Below the pieces are notes generated by a model. The model ran no database searches. It had not been told where the DNA came from and saw only the letters and a program-made list of their open reading frames with translations. The position numbers and the translations under genes were made by a program. A stretch of 64,000 bases of DNA. Origin: Acidimicrobiia bacterium. GTDB lineage: Bacteria; Actinomycetota; Acidimicrobiia; Acidimicrobiales; CAIXPF01. Each line of letters starts with the position of its first letter. The first letter of the stretch is position 1. The DNA lies in the NCBI GenBank assembly GCA_947476745.1, contig CANJRG010000016.1, positions 15,457 through 79,456 of the forward strand. Direction: 5' to 3'. Below, piece by piece: positions 47,401-56,455 of this stretch.

Positions 47401-49092
47401 ATGAGCGAGACACACGGGGCTGCAGCCGGGCTGATCGATCCGACGCTGTCTGCCCACTTCCGGGCCGAGGGCTGGTGGCGGGACCGGACCTACCTCGACG
47501 ATTTCGACGACGCCGTACGGGCGATGCCGGACAAGGTCGCCATCGCCTCCTATCGTCACGACGACCCGGGCCATCCGAGCACGGTCAGCTACGGACAGCT
47601 CGCCCGCTACGTCGACCGGTTCGCCGGGGCCCTGCTCGACCTCGGTGTCCAAGCCGGCCAGATCGTGTCGGTGCAGCTGCCCAACGACTGGCTCTTCGCC
47701 GCCCTCACCCTGGCCTGCGGTCGCATCGGCGCCGTCATCAACCCGCTGGTGCCGATCTTCCGTGAACGCGAGCTCGGCTTCATCGTCGGCCGGGCCGAGT
47801 TGCCGGTGGTCATCGTCCCCGGCACCTTTCGGGGCTACGACCACGCCGCGATGCTCGACCGGGTTCTCGCCGACCTCCCTGCCGGCACCCGAGGGTTCGC
47901 GGTCGGCATCGACGCCCCCTGTGGGCGGGTCCAGCCCTTCGAGCCGCACTTCCTGCATCGCCGCTGGGAGGACGAGACGCCAGCCGAGCGGCTGCGCTCC
48001 CAGCCAATCGGACCCGACGACCTCGCCGAACTGCAGTTCACCTCCGGCACCACGGGCGAACCGAAGGGGGTCATGCACACCCCCAACACGATCTTCGCGG
48101 GAACCCGGGCGTTCTCGGAGACCTTGGCGCTCGGCCCCGACGACAGCATCCTGATGCCCTCCACGCTCGCCCATCAGACCGGGTTCCTGGTGGGCATCGT
48201 CCTGCCGTTGGCGGCAGGCATGAAGGTCGTCTATCAGGACGTTTGGGAGGCCGAGACGTTCTGCCGCCTCGCCGACGACGAGCAGATCACCTTCAGCGCC
48301 GGAGCGACACCCTTCCTCAGCGACATCGTGTCGGCCTGCCAGCGGCGCGGCGCCCGTCTGCGCACGCTGCGCGCCTACGTCTGCGCCGGGGCGCCGATCC
48401 CCTCGCCGCTGGTGGAGGCCACCCTGCTCAACGCCGCCGATGTGCTCGTCGCACTCTGGGGTATGACCGAGAACGGCGGCGTCACCCTGACCCGGCCGGG
48501 CGACCCGGTCGAACTGGTCGCCGACTCCGACGGACAGCCGGTCGGCTGGATGCAGATCCGCATCGTCGACGAGGACGGGCGCATGGTCCCCGTCGGCGGC
48601 ATCGGGCGGCTCCTTACCCGCGGGGCCAGCCAGACCATCGGCTACTTCAAACGACCCGATCTCTACCAGGGCCAGCTCAGCGCGGCACCGGCCGGCGAAC
48701 AGGACGATCGGGGCCTGTGGTTCGACACCGGCGACCTGGCCCGGCGCCGGCCCGATGGCGGCATCCGTATCGCCGGCCGCACCAAGGACCTGGTGATCCG
48801 CGGCGGGGAGAACGTTCCGGTGGTCGAAGTCGAGGCCTTGTTGTTCGGTCACCCCAAGGTCCGCGAGGTCGCCGTGATCGGCTACCCCGACGACCGGCTG
48901 GGCGAGCGCGCCTGCGCCGTCGTGCTTCCCGAGGGCGAGCCGCCCACCCTGGCCGAGCTGACCGCGCTGCTCGATGCCGCCGGCATGGCCAAGCAGTTCT
49001 GGCCGGAGCGCATCGAGCTGGTCGACGCCATGCCGAAGACCCCGTCGGGCAAGATCCAGAAATTTCAGCTACGGGAGCGTTTCAACCAGTGA
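47401..49092 (+). CDS. AMP-dependent acyl-CoA synthetase/ligase
   Basis: FTSGTTGEPKGV AMP-binding motif, GWFDTGD-like WFDTGDLA, and a C-terminal PKTPSGKIQK. ATG 47401 is preceded by GGAAGGGGA. Confidence 0.88.
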   Translation: MSETHGAAAGLIDPTLSAHFRAEGWWRDRTYLDDFDDAVRAMPDKVAIASYRHDDPGHPSTVSYGQLARYVDRFAGALLDLGVQAGQIVSVQLPNDWLFAALTLACGRIGAVINPLVPIFRERELGFIVGRAELPVVIVPGTFRGYDHAAMLDRVLADLPAGTRGFAVGIDAPCGRVQPFEPHFLHRRWEDETPAERLRSQPIGPDDLAELQFTSGTTGEPKGVMHTPNTIFAGTRAFSETLALGPDDSILMPSTLAHQTGFLVGIVLPLAAGMKVVYQDVWEAETFCRLADDEQITFSAGATPFLSDIVSACQRRGARLRTLRAYVCAGAPIPSPLVEATLLNAADVLVALWGMTENGGVTLTRPGDPVELVADSDGQPVGWMQIRIVDEDGRMVPVGGIGRLLTRGASQTIGYFKRPDLYQGQLSAAPAGEQDDRGLWFDTGDLARRRPDGGIRIAGRTKDLVIRGGENVPVVEVEALLFGHPKVREVAVIGYPDDRLGERACAVVLPEGEPPTLAELTALLDAAGMAKQFWPERIELVDAMPKTPSGKIQKFQLRERFNQ

Positions 49093-49991
49093 GCACACCG
49101 AGCGGTACCCCGGTCGTCATCGAATGCGCCATCAACGGCGCGACACGCAAGACCCGTAACCCGAACGTGCCGCGCCAGCCCGACGAGATCCATGCCGACG
49201 TGCTGAGCAGCCTCAATGCCGGCGCCTCGATCATCCACGCCCACAACGCCAACTTCCACCTGCTCGGCCGGGAGGCGGCGAACGACTACCTCGCCGCGTG
49301 GCGACCGATCCTCGCCGAGCGGCCCGATACCATCTGGTATGCTACGGGCGTCGCGGCGTCGAGCATCGAGGACCGCCTGGCCCACCTCGAGATCCTCGCC
49401 GAGGAACTCGGCCCGGCCATGCCCATGGCCTATGTCGATCCCGGCTCGACCAACGTGGCCTGGCTCGATGCCGACGGTCTGCCCACCGGCTACAGCTACG
49501 TGCACAGCTTCGAGGACATCAAGTCGTTCTTCTCGTTCTGCGACCGTCGGGCCGTGGCCCCCTCGATCGCCATCTACGAACCGGGTTGGCTACAGACCAC
49601 GCTGCACTACCACCGGGCGGGCCGCCTGCCCCGTGGCGCAATGGTGAAGCTGTACTTCTGCGGCCCCTACGACATCTTCGGCCGGGGCCGGGCGGCGAGC
49701 TACGGCCTGCCGCCGACCGTGGCCGCGCTCGACGCCTATGTCGGCATGCTCGACGGTACGGGCCTGCCGTGGTCGGTGTCGGTATGGGGCGGCGACCTCA
49801 TGGAAACGCCCATCGCCCGGCGGGCACTCGAGCTCGGCGGTCACCTGCACGTCGGGCTCGAGGAGTACGCCGGCGACCGCCGGCCCACCAACGCCGAACT
49901 GATCGGCGAATGTGTGGCCCTCGCCATCGAGGTCGGCCGGCCCGTCGCCACCACCGCCCACACCGCCGAGCTCCTCGGCATCAACCACTGA
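49089..49991 (+). CDS. BKACE family (3-keto-5-aminohexanoate cleavage enzyme-like, DUF849) protein
   Basis: VVIECAINGATRKTRNPNVPRQPDEIHADVLSSLNAGASIIHAH is typical of the BKACE TIM barrel. GTG 49089 overlaps the ligase stop (GTGA). Confidence 0.8.
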   Translation: MSTPSGTPVVIECAINGATRKTRNPNVPRQPDEIHADVLSSLNAGASIIHAHNANFHLLGREAANDYLAAWRPILAERPDTIWYATGVAASSIEDRLAHLEILAEELGPAMPMAYVDPGSTNVAWLDADGLPTGYSYVHSFEDIKSFFSFCDRRAVAPSIAIYEPGWLQTTLHYHRAGRLPRGAMVKLYFCGPYDIFGRGRAASYGLPPTVAALDAYVGMLDGTGLPWSVSVWGGDLMETPIARRALELGGHLHVGLEEYAGDRRPTNAELIGECVALAIEVGRPVATTAHTAELLGINH

Positions 49992-50018
49992 TCCGCTGAC
50001 CGGAAAGGACCACCCACC

Positions 50019-50894
50019 ATGCACGTCGGTATCGTGCCCATCAACTCCCGCAACTACATCGAGGACCACAAATTCCTCACCAGCTTCGCCCCGCTGGTGG
50101 AACAGCTCGGGTTCGAATCGCTGTGGACCTTCGAACACGTGATCATCCCAGACGACTACAACTCGGTGTACCCGTACAACCCGCAGGGCAAAATCGCGGT
50201 GTCCGGCAGCGACCAGTTCGTCGACTCGCTGATCGCACTGGCCTGGGTCGCCGCGTGCACCGAGAAGATCCGGCTGGGTACCGGGGTCAACATCCTCAGC
50301 CAGACCAACCCCCTGTACCTGGCGAAGCAGGCATCCTCGATCGACCACCTGTCGGGCGGACGGCTCATGTTGGGCCTGGGCGTGGGCTGGCTCAAGGAAG
50401 AGTTCGACGCTCTCAACGTTCCCTTCGATGATCGTGGCCCCCGTGCCGACGAGTACATCGACGCCATGACGCAGGTCTGGACCGGCGAGACGGTGAACTT
50501 CAAGGGCCAGTTCCTCGATTGGCACGGTTTCAGCATGCGGCCGACCCCGGCCCAGAAGCCGCGGGTGCCCATCATCGTCGGCGGCACCAGCGGACCGGCG
50601 ATCCGCCGGGTCGTGGCCCGCGGCGACGGCTGGTACGTCATCCACCGTGACCTCGAGCACTTCAAAGAACTGATGGCCAAGCTCCAGGCCGAGTGCGATC
50701 GACAGGGCCGCGACATCTCCGAACTGGAGATCACCGCCTACTGGAACTACTCCCGCGAGGGCCTCGACGGTGCCAAGGCCTACGAGGAAGCCGGCGTGCA
50801 TCGTCTGCTGGTCAACGTGCAGGCCCTGCGCATGGGCGCCCCCGATGAGGCGGTGCGCCGCTTCGCCGACGAGGCCCTGTCCCGGCTCGACTGA
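50019..50894 (+). CDS. LLM-class F420-dependent oxidoreductase
   Basis: LGFESLWTFEHV...SGGRLMLGLGVGW...PRVPIIVGG luciferase-like pattern. Confidence 0.85.
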   Translation: MHVGIVPINSRNYIEDHKFLTSFAPLVEQLGFESLWTFEHVIIPDDYNSVYPYNPQGKIAVSGSDQFVDSLIALAWVAACTEKIRLGTGVNILSQTNPLYLAKQASSIDHLSGGRLMLGLGVGWLKEEFDALNVPFDDRGPRADEYIDAMTQVWTGETVNFKGQFLDWHGFSMRPTPAQKPRVPIIVGGTSGPAIRRVVARGDGWYVIHRDLEHFKELMAKLQAECDRQGRDISELEITAYWNYSREGLDGAKAYEEAGVHRLLVNVQALRMGAPDEAVRRFADEALSRLD

Positions 50895-50922
50895 TCGTTC
50901 CCGCGCGACCGGGCTGAAGGTG

Positions 50923-50946
50923 CCCGGCCGGTGAGATCCGGCCGGG
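50923..50946. terminator. hairpin after the LLM gene
   Basis: CCCGGCCGG-TGAGAT-CCGGCCGGG, a 9-bp perfect stem. Confidence 0.5.
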
Positions 50947-50953
50947 TCCCAAC

Positions 50954-51040
50954 GTCCGGCCCGTCCGGCCCGTCCGGACGGGCCGGTCCGGACGGGCCGG
51001 TCCGGACGGGCCGGTCCGGACGGGCACGGTCCGGACGAGG
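50954..51040. repeat. tandem array built on a GTCCGG core (9-bp and 14-bp units), each 14-mer palindromic
   Basis: GTCCGGCCC x2, then GTCCGGACGGGCCG x3 perfect, then two degenerate units. CCCGTCCGGACGGG is self-complementary. The array lies between convergent genes. Confidence 0.9.
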
Positions 51041-51057
51041 CTCACCCGCCGCCGCGA

Positions 51058-52365
51058 TCAACCCAGGGCGTCGCGGTGGTCGGGATGGGCGACCGCCCGC
51101 AGGGCCTCGCGTCGCTCCTCGGGCGAGCGTCCCTTGAGCTCGGCCACCCCGAACTCGGTGACCACCCGGTCGACGAGGTAGCGCGGCAGCGTGGTCGGGC
51201 TGGTGGCCGGCAGCTGGGCGACGATGCGCGAGACCGTTCCGCCGGCTGCGGTGGACCGCAGCGCGAGCATCGAGATCCCACCGGGTGCCAGGTTCGCCCC
51301 GATGGCGAAATCGGGCTGGCCTCCCGGGCCGGACACCACCTTGGTACCCGCCACCTCGGCGTTGACCGAGCCGTCGCAGGCGATCTCGATCGCCGAGTTG
51401 ATGGCGGTGAAGCGTTCCTGGCGGGCGAGGTCGCAGATACCGTGGCTGTAGGAGGACCCGACCACGAACACGTCGGGGTTACGGTCCACCCAGTCGAACA
51501 CCCGACGGGTGCCCACCACCCCGGCACCGACGTGCAGGCCGGCGTCGACGCTCTTGCGCCGGCCGCTGAGGGCCCCGACGGCGGCGAGGTCGACCACCGC
51601 ATCGCTGATCATCCCACCGTGCAGGCCCAGGTCGCGGCGGTCGTGCAGGGCGGTGAGGACCGCCTCGGGGATGGCCCCGATCCCGAACTCCAGACAGGCA
51701 CCGTCAGGAACCTGCGACGCGGCGTGGGCGCCGATGGCCGACGCGACCTCGTCGGCTGGCGGCACGGCGAGCTCCACCAGCGGATGTTCCACCTCCACGA
51801 TGAGGTCGAAGTCGCTCAGCTCACACTCCGACGCGCCGAAGGTATAGGGCATCGCGGGGTTCATCTCCGCGATCACGAAGGGCACCCGACCAATCAGTTC
51901 AGCCGTCACGCCACCACCGACGCCGAGGCTGACCCGGCCACCTGGGCCGGGCAAGCTGACCTGCACCAGGGCCACGTCGACCGCAATCGCCCCACCTGGC
52001 TGCAGGTGCGACACGAACTGTCCGTAGCTCGCCGACACCGTCCGCATGGCCCCGGCGCGGCGCATGGCCTCGGTGGCCGGCGTCGGCTGCAGGCTGATCA
52101 GCCGGAACGGTTCGTTGGGATGGGCGAAGGGGGCAACCGGCTCGCTGAGGTAGTCGGTGACCAGGGTCAGCTCGCGCCAGCGGTCGGCGTGCTGCACCAT
52201 CGCGTCGAGCAGGGTCACCGGCACCGAGCAGATGGGCGAGAAGTACACCCGGGCGCGGTCGGCGATGGCTGCGAGGGCCGTGGCGGTATCCACCACCCGC
52301 CCTTCCCGCCGCGGACGGCCTTCGGGACGGAGCTCGGCGACGTGGGAGCGGGCAGTGCGATCCAT
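51058..52365 (-). CDS. acetyl-CoA hydrolase/transferase family (class I, 4-hydroxybutyrate CoA-transferase-like)
   Basis: INSAIEIACDGSVNAE and SGPGGQPDF motifs. Start at ATG 52365; the remainder of ORF 51058..54042 is antisense to the next gene. Confidence 0.8.
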   Translation of the reverse strand: MDRTARSHVAELRPEGRPRREGRVVDTATALAAIADRARVYFSPICSVPVTLLDAMVQHADRWRELTLVTDYLSEPVAPFAHPNEPFRLISLQPTPATEAMRRAGAMRTVSASYGQFVSHLQPGGAIAVDVALVQVSLPGPGGRVSLGVGGGVTAELIGRVPFVIAEMNPAMPYTFGASECELSDFDLIVEVEHPLVELAVPPADEVASAIGAHAASQVPDGACLEFGIGAIPEAVLTALHDRRDLGLHGGMISDAVVDLAAVGALSGRRKSVDAGLHVGAGVVGTRRVFDWVDRNPDVFVVGSSYSHGICDLARQERFTAINSAIEIACDGSVNAEVAGTKVVSGPGGQPDFAIGANLAPGGISMLALRSTAAGGTVSRIVAQLPATSPTTLPRYLVDRVVTEFGVAELKGRSPEERREALRAVAHPDHRDALG

Positions 52366-52485
52366 GTGCAGATCCTGGCACAGTGACACTGCGCGCCCGA
52401 TAGAGTACGCGCGCCAGGACGACGGCCCGACACCCCAGGTGCTCACCGCCGCCGGCCGGACGCCGCTGCAGCTCGGGGGAACATC

Positions 52486-54204
52486 ATGTTGGACGTCATC
52501 ATCCGTAACGGGACCGTGGTCGATGGCACCGGAGGTCCGGCCCGCCGGGCCGACGTGGCCATCAAGGACGGTCGCATCGTCAAGATCGGCAACGTCGACG
52601 AGCAGGATGCCCGCCAGGTTGTCGACGCCACCGGCAAGATGGTCACACCGGGGTTCATCGACGTGCACACCCATTACGACGCCCAGGCGTTCTGGGACCA
52701 GACCCTGAGCCCCTCGCCCCTGCACGGCATCACCACGGTCATCGCCGGTAACTGTGGCTTCACCATCGCCCCGCTGGCGCCGGAGGGCGGCGACTACCTG
52801 ATGCGCATGCTGGCCCGGGTCGAGGGCATGCCGTTGGAGTCGTTGCGGGTCGGCGTTCCGTGGAACTGGAGCAGCTACGGCGAGTGGCTCGACAAGCTCG
52901 ACGGCACCCTGTCGGTGAACGCCGGGTTCATGGTCGGCCACAGCGCCATTCGCCGATATGTCATGGGCGAGCGCTCGGTCGGCCACGTCGCCACGCCGGA
53001 GGAACTCGCCGCGATGCAGGACCTGCTGGCGGACGGCCTCGACGCCGGCGGTCTCGGCTTCAGCTCGAGCTGGGCCACCACCCACAACGACCCGAACGGC
53101 CAGCCGGTCCCCTCCCGCCATGCCTCCGAGGAGGAAATGGTGGCGTTGTCCTCGGTATGCAGTCGTTTCGAGGGCACCTCGCTGGAGTTCATCCCAGCCG
53201 TCGGCCGTTTCCACCCCGAGCACATCGACCTGATCGCCCGGATGTCCGCGGCCGCACAGCGGACACTGAACTGGAACCTGATCGCCCCCTCCACCAGCCC
53301 CCAGCAGATGGCGGTTATGGAGAACAACCTCGGGGCCTACGAGTACGCCCAGGCCCGCGGCGGTCGCATCATCGCCCTCACGGTGCCCTGCGCCATCGAA
53401 AGCCGTCTCAACTTCGAGAGCGGCTTCGTGTTCGACGCCCTCAACGGGTGGCGTGAGCCGATGGCCCTGCCGAACGACCAGAAGATGGCGCTGCTCTCCG
53501 ACGCCGAACAGCGCCGTGAGCTCGACGAGCTCGCCCAGGGGCCTTCCCCTATGCGTGGCGTCGCCAAGTGGCACAACCTGACCGTCGGCGACGTGTTCAG
53601 CGACGAGAACCAGCAGTTCCTCGGCCGCACCATCGGCGAGATCGCCGAGGAGCAGGGCCGCTCCACCTTCGACACGCTCTGCGACATCGTCGTGGCCGAC
53701 GATCTGCGCACCGGCCTTTTGCAGCCGCTGCGTGGCAACGACGACGAGACCTGGGAGCTGCGGGTCAAGGTCTGGCGTGACGAGCGCACCGTGTTGGGTG
53801 GCACCGATGCCGGTGCCCACCTCGACCTGCTCGCCACCTTCAACGCCACCTCGGTGATGCTGGGCAACGCCGTTCGTCAGCGCCAGCTGCTGACCTGGGA
53901 GGAGGCCGTCCACCACCTCGCCGACGTCCCCGCCCACCTCTACGGCATCAAGGATCGCGGCCGCCTCGCCGAGGGCTACCACGCCGACATCAACATCATC
54001 GACCCGACCACCGTCGGCGCCCGGCCGACCTACGCCAAGCACGACCTACCCGGTGGAGCCTGGCGCCTCTACGGCGAAGCCGACGGTTTCGACCACGTCT
54101 TCGTAAACGGCACCGAGATCGTGCGCAACGGCGAGTTCACCCCGGCCCGGCCCGGCACCCTGCTGCGCTCGGGCCGCGACACCGCCGGTACCGCCGTCGG
54201 CTGA
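52486..54204 (+). CDS. N-acyl-D-amino-acid deacylase (D-aminoacylase)-family amidohydrolase, paralogue of 18153..19862
   Basis: PGFIDVHTHYDAQAFWDQ...GITTVIAGNCGFTIAP. Colinear with the first copy along its whole length. Confidence 0.85.
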   Translation: MLDVIIRNGTVVDGTGGPARRADVAIKDGRIVKIGNVDEQDARQVVDATGKMVTPGFIDVHTHYDAQAFWDQTLSPSPLHGITTVIAGNCGFTIAPLAPEGGDYLMRMLARVEGMPLESLRVGVPWNWSSYGEWLDKLDGTLSVNAGFMVGHSAIRRYVMGERSVGHVATPEELAAMQDLLADGLDAGGLGFSSSWATTHNDPNGQPVPSRHASEEEMVALSSVCSRFEGTSLEFIPAVGRFHPEHIDLIARMSAAAQRTLNWNLIAPSTSPQQMAVMENNLGAYEYAQARGGRIIALTVPCAIESRLNFESGFVFDALNGWREPMALPNDQKMALLSDAEQRRELDELAQGPSPMRGVAKWHNLTVGDVFSDENQQFLGRTIGEIAEEQGRSTFDTLCDIVVADDLRTGLLQPLRGNDDETWELRVKVWRDERTVLGGTDAGAHLDLLATFNATSVMLGNAVRQRQLLTWEEAVHHLADVPAHLYGIKDRGRLAEGYHADINIIDPTTVGARPTYAKHDLPGGAWRLYGEADGFDHVFVNGTEIVRNGEFTPARPGTLLRSGRDTAGTAVG

Positions 54205-54256
54205 TCCGTCGCCGGCCGGGTCACGACCCGGCCGGCCACCGCCCTGGAGGTCGTCC

Positions 54257-55459
54257 GTGAGCATCCCCTCGCTGTCCGCGCCAACGGAGACCGGGTTCCC
54301 GGCAGATCCCGTGGCCGAGGCCCGCTCACTCGGGCCGGTGATCGAGGCCCACCGTGAGCAGATGGACGCGCAGCGTGCTCTGCCGGCGCCGGTAGTCGAG
54401 GGGATGGTCCGGCTGGGCATCCTGCGCGCCGCCGTACCGACGGAGCTCGGTGGTCCGTCCTACGACCCACGGACCCAGGTCGAGGTCGTCGAGGAACTGT
54501 CCCGTCTCGACGGTTCGGTCGGCTGGTGCGCCATGATCGCCTCCGCCGCTAGCTTCACCTGCGGCTTTCTCGACTCCGACACGGCTGCAGCCTTCTTCGG
54601 CCCGGCCAACGCCTGCCTGGCCGGCCAGCTCGCACCCACCGGACGGGCCGTACGGGTGCCGGGCGGCTACCGGGTCTCGGGCCGGTTCCGTTTCGGCAGC
54701 GGCAGCGGCCACGCCACGATGTTGCTCGGCGGCTGTCTGGTCTACGACGGCGACGACGTCAGCATCGGACCCAAAGGGCGACCGGAGCAGCGCTCGGCGC
54801 TGGTGCGCGCCGAACAGGTCAGCATCATGGACACCTGGCATACCACCGGACTGTGGGGTACGGGCAGCAACGACTATGTCATCGACGACGTGTTCGTGCC
54901 CGAGGAGCACACCTGGGATCCGGTGGGTCCCTCGCTCCGCCAGGAGCCGCTGTACCGGTATCCGCCGCTATTCCTGATGCCCCACTGCGGCGTACCGCTC
55001 GGTATTGCCAGGGCCGCCATCGATGCCGTATCGGAGCTCGCTCAGGACAAGGAGCTCTACCCGGGTGCCCGCCAGGCCGGGTCGTCCAAGAGCCTGCGCG
55101 ACGATCCCGGCACCCAAGAAGCGGTCGCCATCGCCGAAGCCAAGCTCGCGGCGGCCCGGGCCCTCACCTACGCCACCATCGACACCATGTGGGCCATGCT
55201 GCAGGCCGGCGAGCGCATCCCCACCCGGGACCGGGCCATGTACCGGATCACGATGACGTGGATCCACCAGATCGGCAAAGAGATCGTCGAGTCGATGTAC
55301 GACACGGCCTCGGCCTCGTCGATCTATCGGGGCAACCCGCTCGACCGGCTGATGCGTGACATGCTCACCGGGGCGCAGCACCGCATGGTGCACCCGAAGC
55401 TGTACCGGCCCGCCGGCCGGCTGCTGCTCGGGCTCGATTCCGGCGACCCGCTGGTCTGA
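54257..55459 (+). CDS. acyl-CoA dehydrogenase-fold flavin-dependent monooxygenase/dehydrogenase (type-2 ACAD domain)
   Basis: LGGPSYDPRTQVEVVEELSRLDGSVGWCAMI...WHTTGLWGTGSNDYVIDDVFVPEEH, typical of group-D monooxygenase/ACAD-like proteins. GTG 54257 is preceded by GGAGG. Confidence 0.7.
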   Translation: MSIPSLSAPTETGFPADPVAEARSLGPVIEAHREQMDAQRALPAPVVEGMVRLGILRAAVPTELGGPSYDPRTQVEVVEELSRLDGSVGWCAMIASAASFTCGFLDSDTAAAFFGPANACLAGQLAPTGRAVRVPGGYRVSGRFRFGSGSGHATMLLGGCLVYDGDDVSIGPKGRPEQRSALVRAEQVSIMDTWHTTGLWGTGSNDYVIDDVFVPEEHTWDPVGPSLRQEPLYRYPPLFLMPHCGVPLGIARAAIDAVSELAQDKELYPGARQAGSSKSLRDDPGTQEAVAIAEAKLAAARALTYATIDTMWAMLQAGERIPTRDRAMYRITMTWIHQIGKEIVESMYDTASASSIYRGNPLDRLMRDMLTGAQHRMVHPKLYRPAGRLLLGLDSGDPLV

Positions 55460-55480
55460 ACGGGCCGCCGGAACCGTCGG

Positions 55481-56326
55481 TCAGACCCGGGCCAGCGGCG
55501 TCGCAACGCCGGTGACGCCCGGACGGCACCGCCAGATACCGCCCTTGCGGTCGGGCTGCTCGAGGTCGTCGGCGGTGACGAGGTAGAGGTCGCCCATGTC
55601 CGGGCCGCCGAACGCCACGCTGGTCACCCACTTGGCCGGGACCTTGATCTCGTCGAGCTCCTCGCCGGTGGGCGACAGCTTGACCGCACGCCGGCCACCG
55701 ACGTGGGCCACCCACAGGTTGCCGTCGGTGTCCACGCACATACCGTCGGGGATGCCCCGCTCGAAGGACGCCTTGCCGATGTGCCGGCGGTTCGACACCG
55801 AGCCGTCCGCCGCCATGTCGTGCACCCAGATGCCCTTCGACGTCGAATCGGCGTGATACATGGTGCGACCGTCGGGCGAGAAGCCGATGCCGTTGGTGAC
55901 CTCGATGCCACCGTAGAGCTCGTCGATGCTGCCGTCGAGGTTGATGCGGTAGCACTCACCCGGCACCTTGGGACCCTTCAGGTCCTCGAGATCGCTGCGG
56001 ATGGACCCGGCGTAGATGCGGCCCTCGCTATCGCTGTGGATGTCGTTGAAGGCCTTGACCCCGCTCACCTCGAGCAGGACCCGCAGCTCGCCGTTGCGCC
56101 AGTGGGCCACGTTCGGGCCCGACAGCACGAACCCGCCGTCCGCATGCAGCACGAGGCCACCGACGCTGTGACGACCCGAGATCAGCGTCTCGATCGTCCC
56201 GTCCGGCGAACGCCGGTAGACCCCCCGGCCCGGGATGTCGGTGAAGTACAGGTTGTTGTCCGCATCGGTGCGCGGGCCTTCGACCAGCCCATAGCCCGAC
56301 GCCAGTAGTTCCAGTTGCACGTCCAT
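55481..56326 (-). CDS. SMP-30/gluconolactonase/LRE family protein
   Basis: GLVEGPRTDADNNLYFTDI...NGIGFSPDGRTMYHADS...PDGMCVDTDGNLWVA six-blade propeller motifs. ATG 56326 is preceded by GGGGAGGA. Confidence 0.85.
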   Translation of the reverse strand: MDVQLELLASGYGLVEGPRTDADNNLYFTDIPGRGVYRRSPDGTIETLISGRHSVGGLVLHADGGFVLSGPNVAHWRNGELRVLLEVSGVKAFNDIHSDSEGRIYAGSIRSDLEDLKGPKVPGECYRINLDGSIDELYGGIEVTNGIGFSPDGRTMYHADSTSKGIWVHDMAADGSVSNRRHIGKASFERGIPDGMCVDTDGNLWVAHVGGRRAVKLSPTGEELDEIKVPAKWVTSVAFGGPDMGDLYLVTADDLEQPDRKGGIWRCRPGVTGVATPLARV

Positions 56327-56427
56327 TGATTCCTCCCCGTCGCTCACCGTAGCTGCTGGGCCGAGGCCCGGCCCGTGCCCCTCGCCGACGGGATCAACCC
56401 CGAGCAGATCTGCCACAGCCCCACGGG

Positions 56428-56451
56428 ACGATTCGCCGTCGATTCGCCGGG
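56428..56451. promoter_or_regulatory. direct repeat of CGATTCGCCG (11-nt period), candidate regulator site
   Basis: ACGATTCGCCGTCGATTCGCCGGG. The 14-mer GTCGATTCGCCGGG is identical to 46981-46994, and its first 10 nt (GTCGATTCGC) match one arm of the 47232 palindrome. Confidence 0.45.
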
Positions 56452-56455
56452 ACGC

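Noticed and set aside
50109-50120. GGGTTCGAATCG resembling a tRNA T-arm
   Set aside because: It lies in frame inside a well supported LLM gene, where it encodes LGFESL. No acceptor or anticodon stems can be drawn around it. I found no tRNA or rRNA genes elsewhere in the window.
52376-52392. TGGCAC...TGC resembling a sigma-54 -24/-12 promoter in the divergent spacer
   Set aside because: The GG-to-GC spacing does not match the canonical 10-nt separation, and Actinomycetota generally lack RpoN. A TAGAGT hexamer at 52401-52406 could be a -10 element, but I cannot support a full promoter call.
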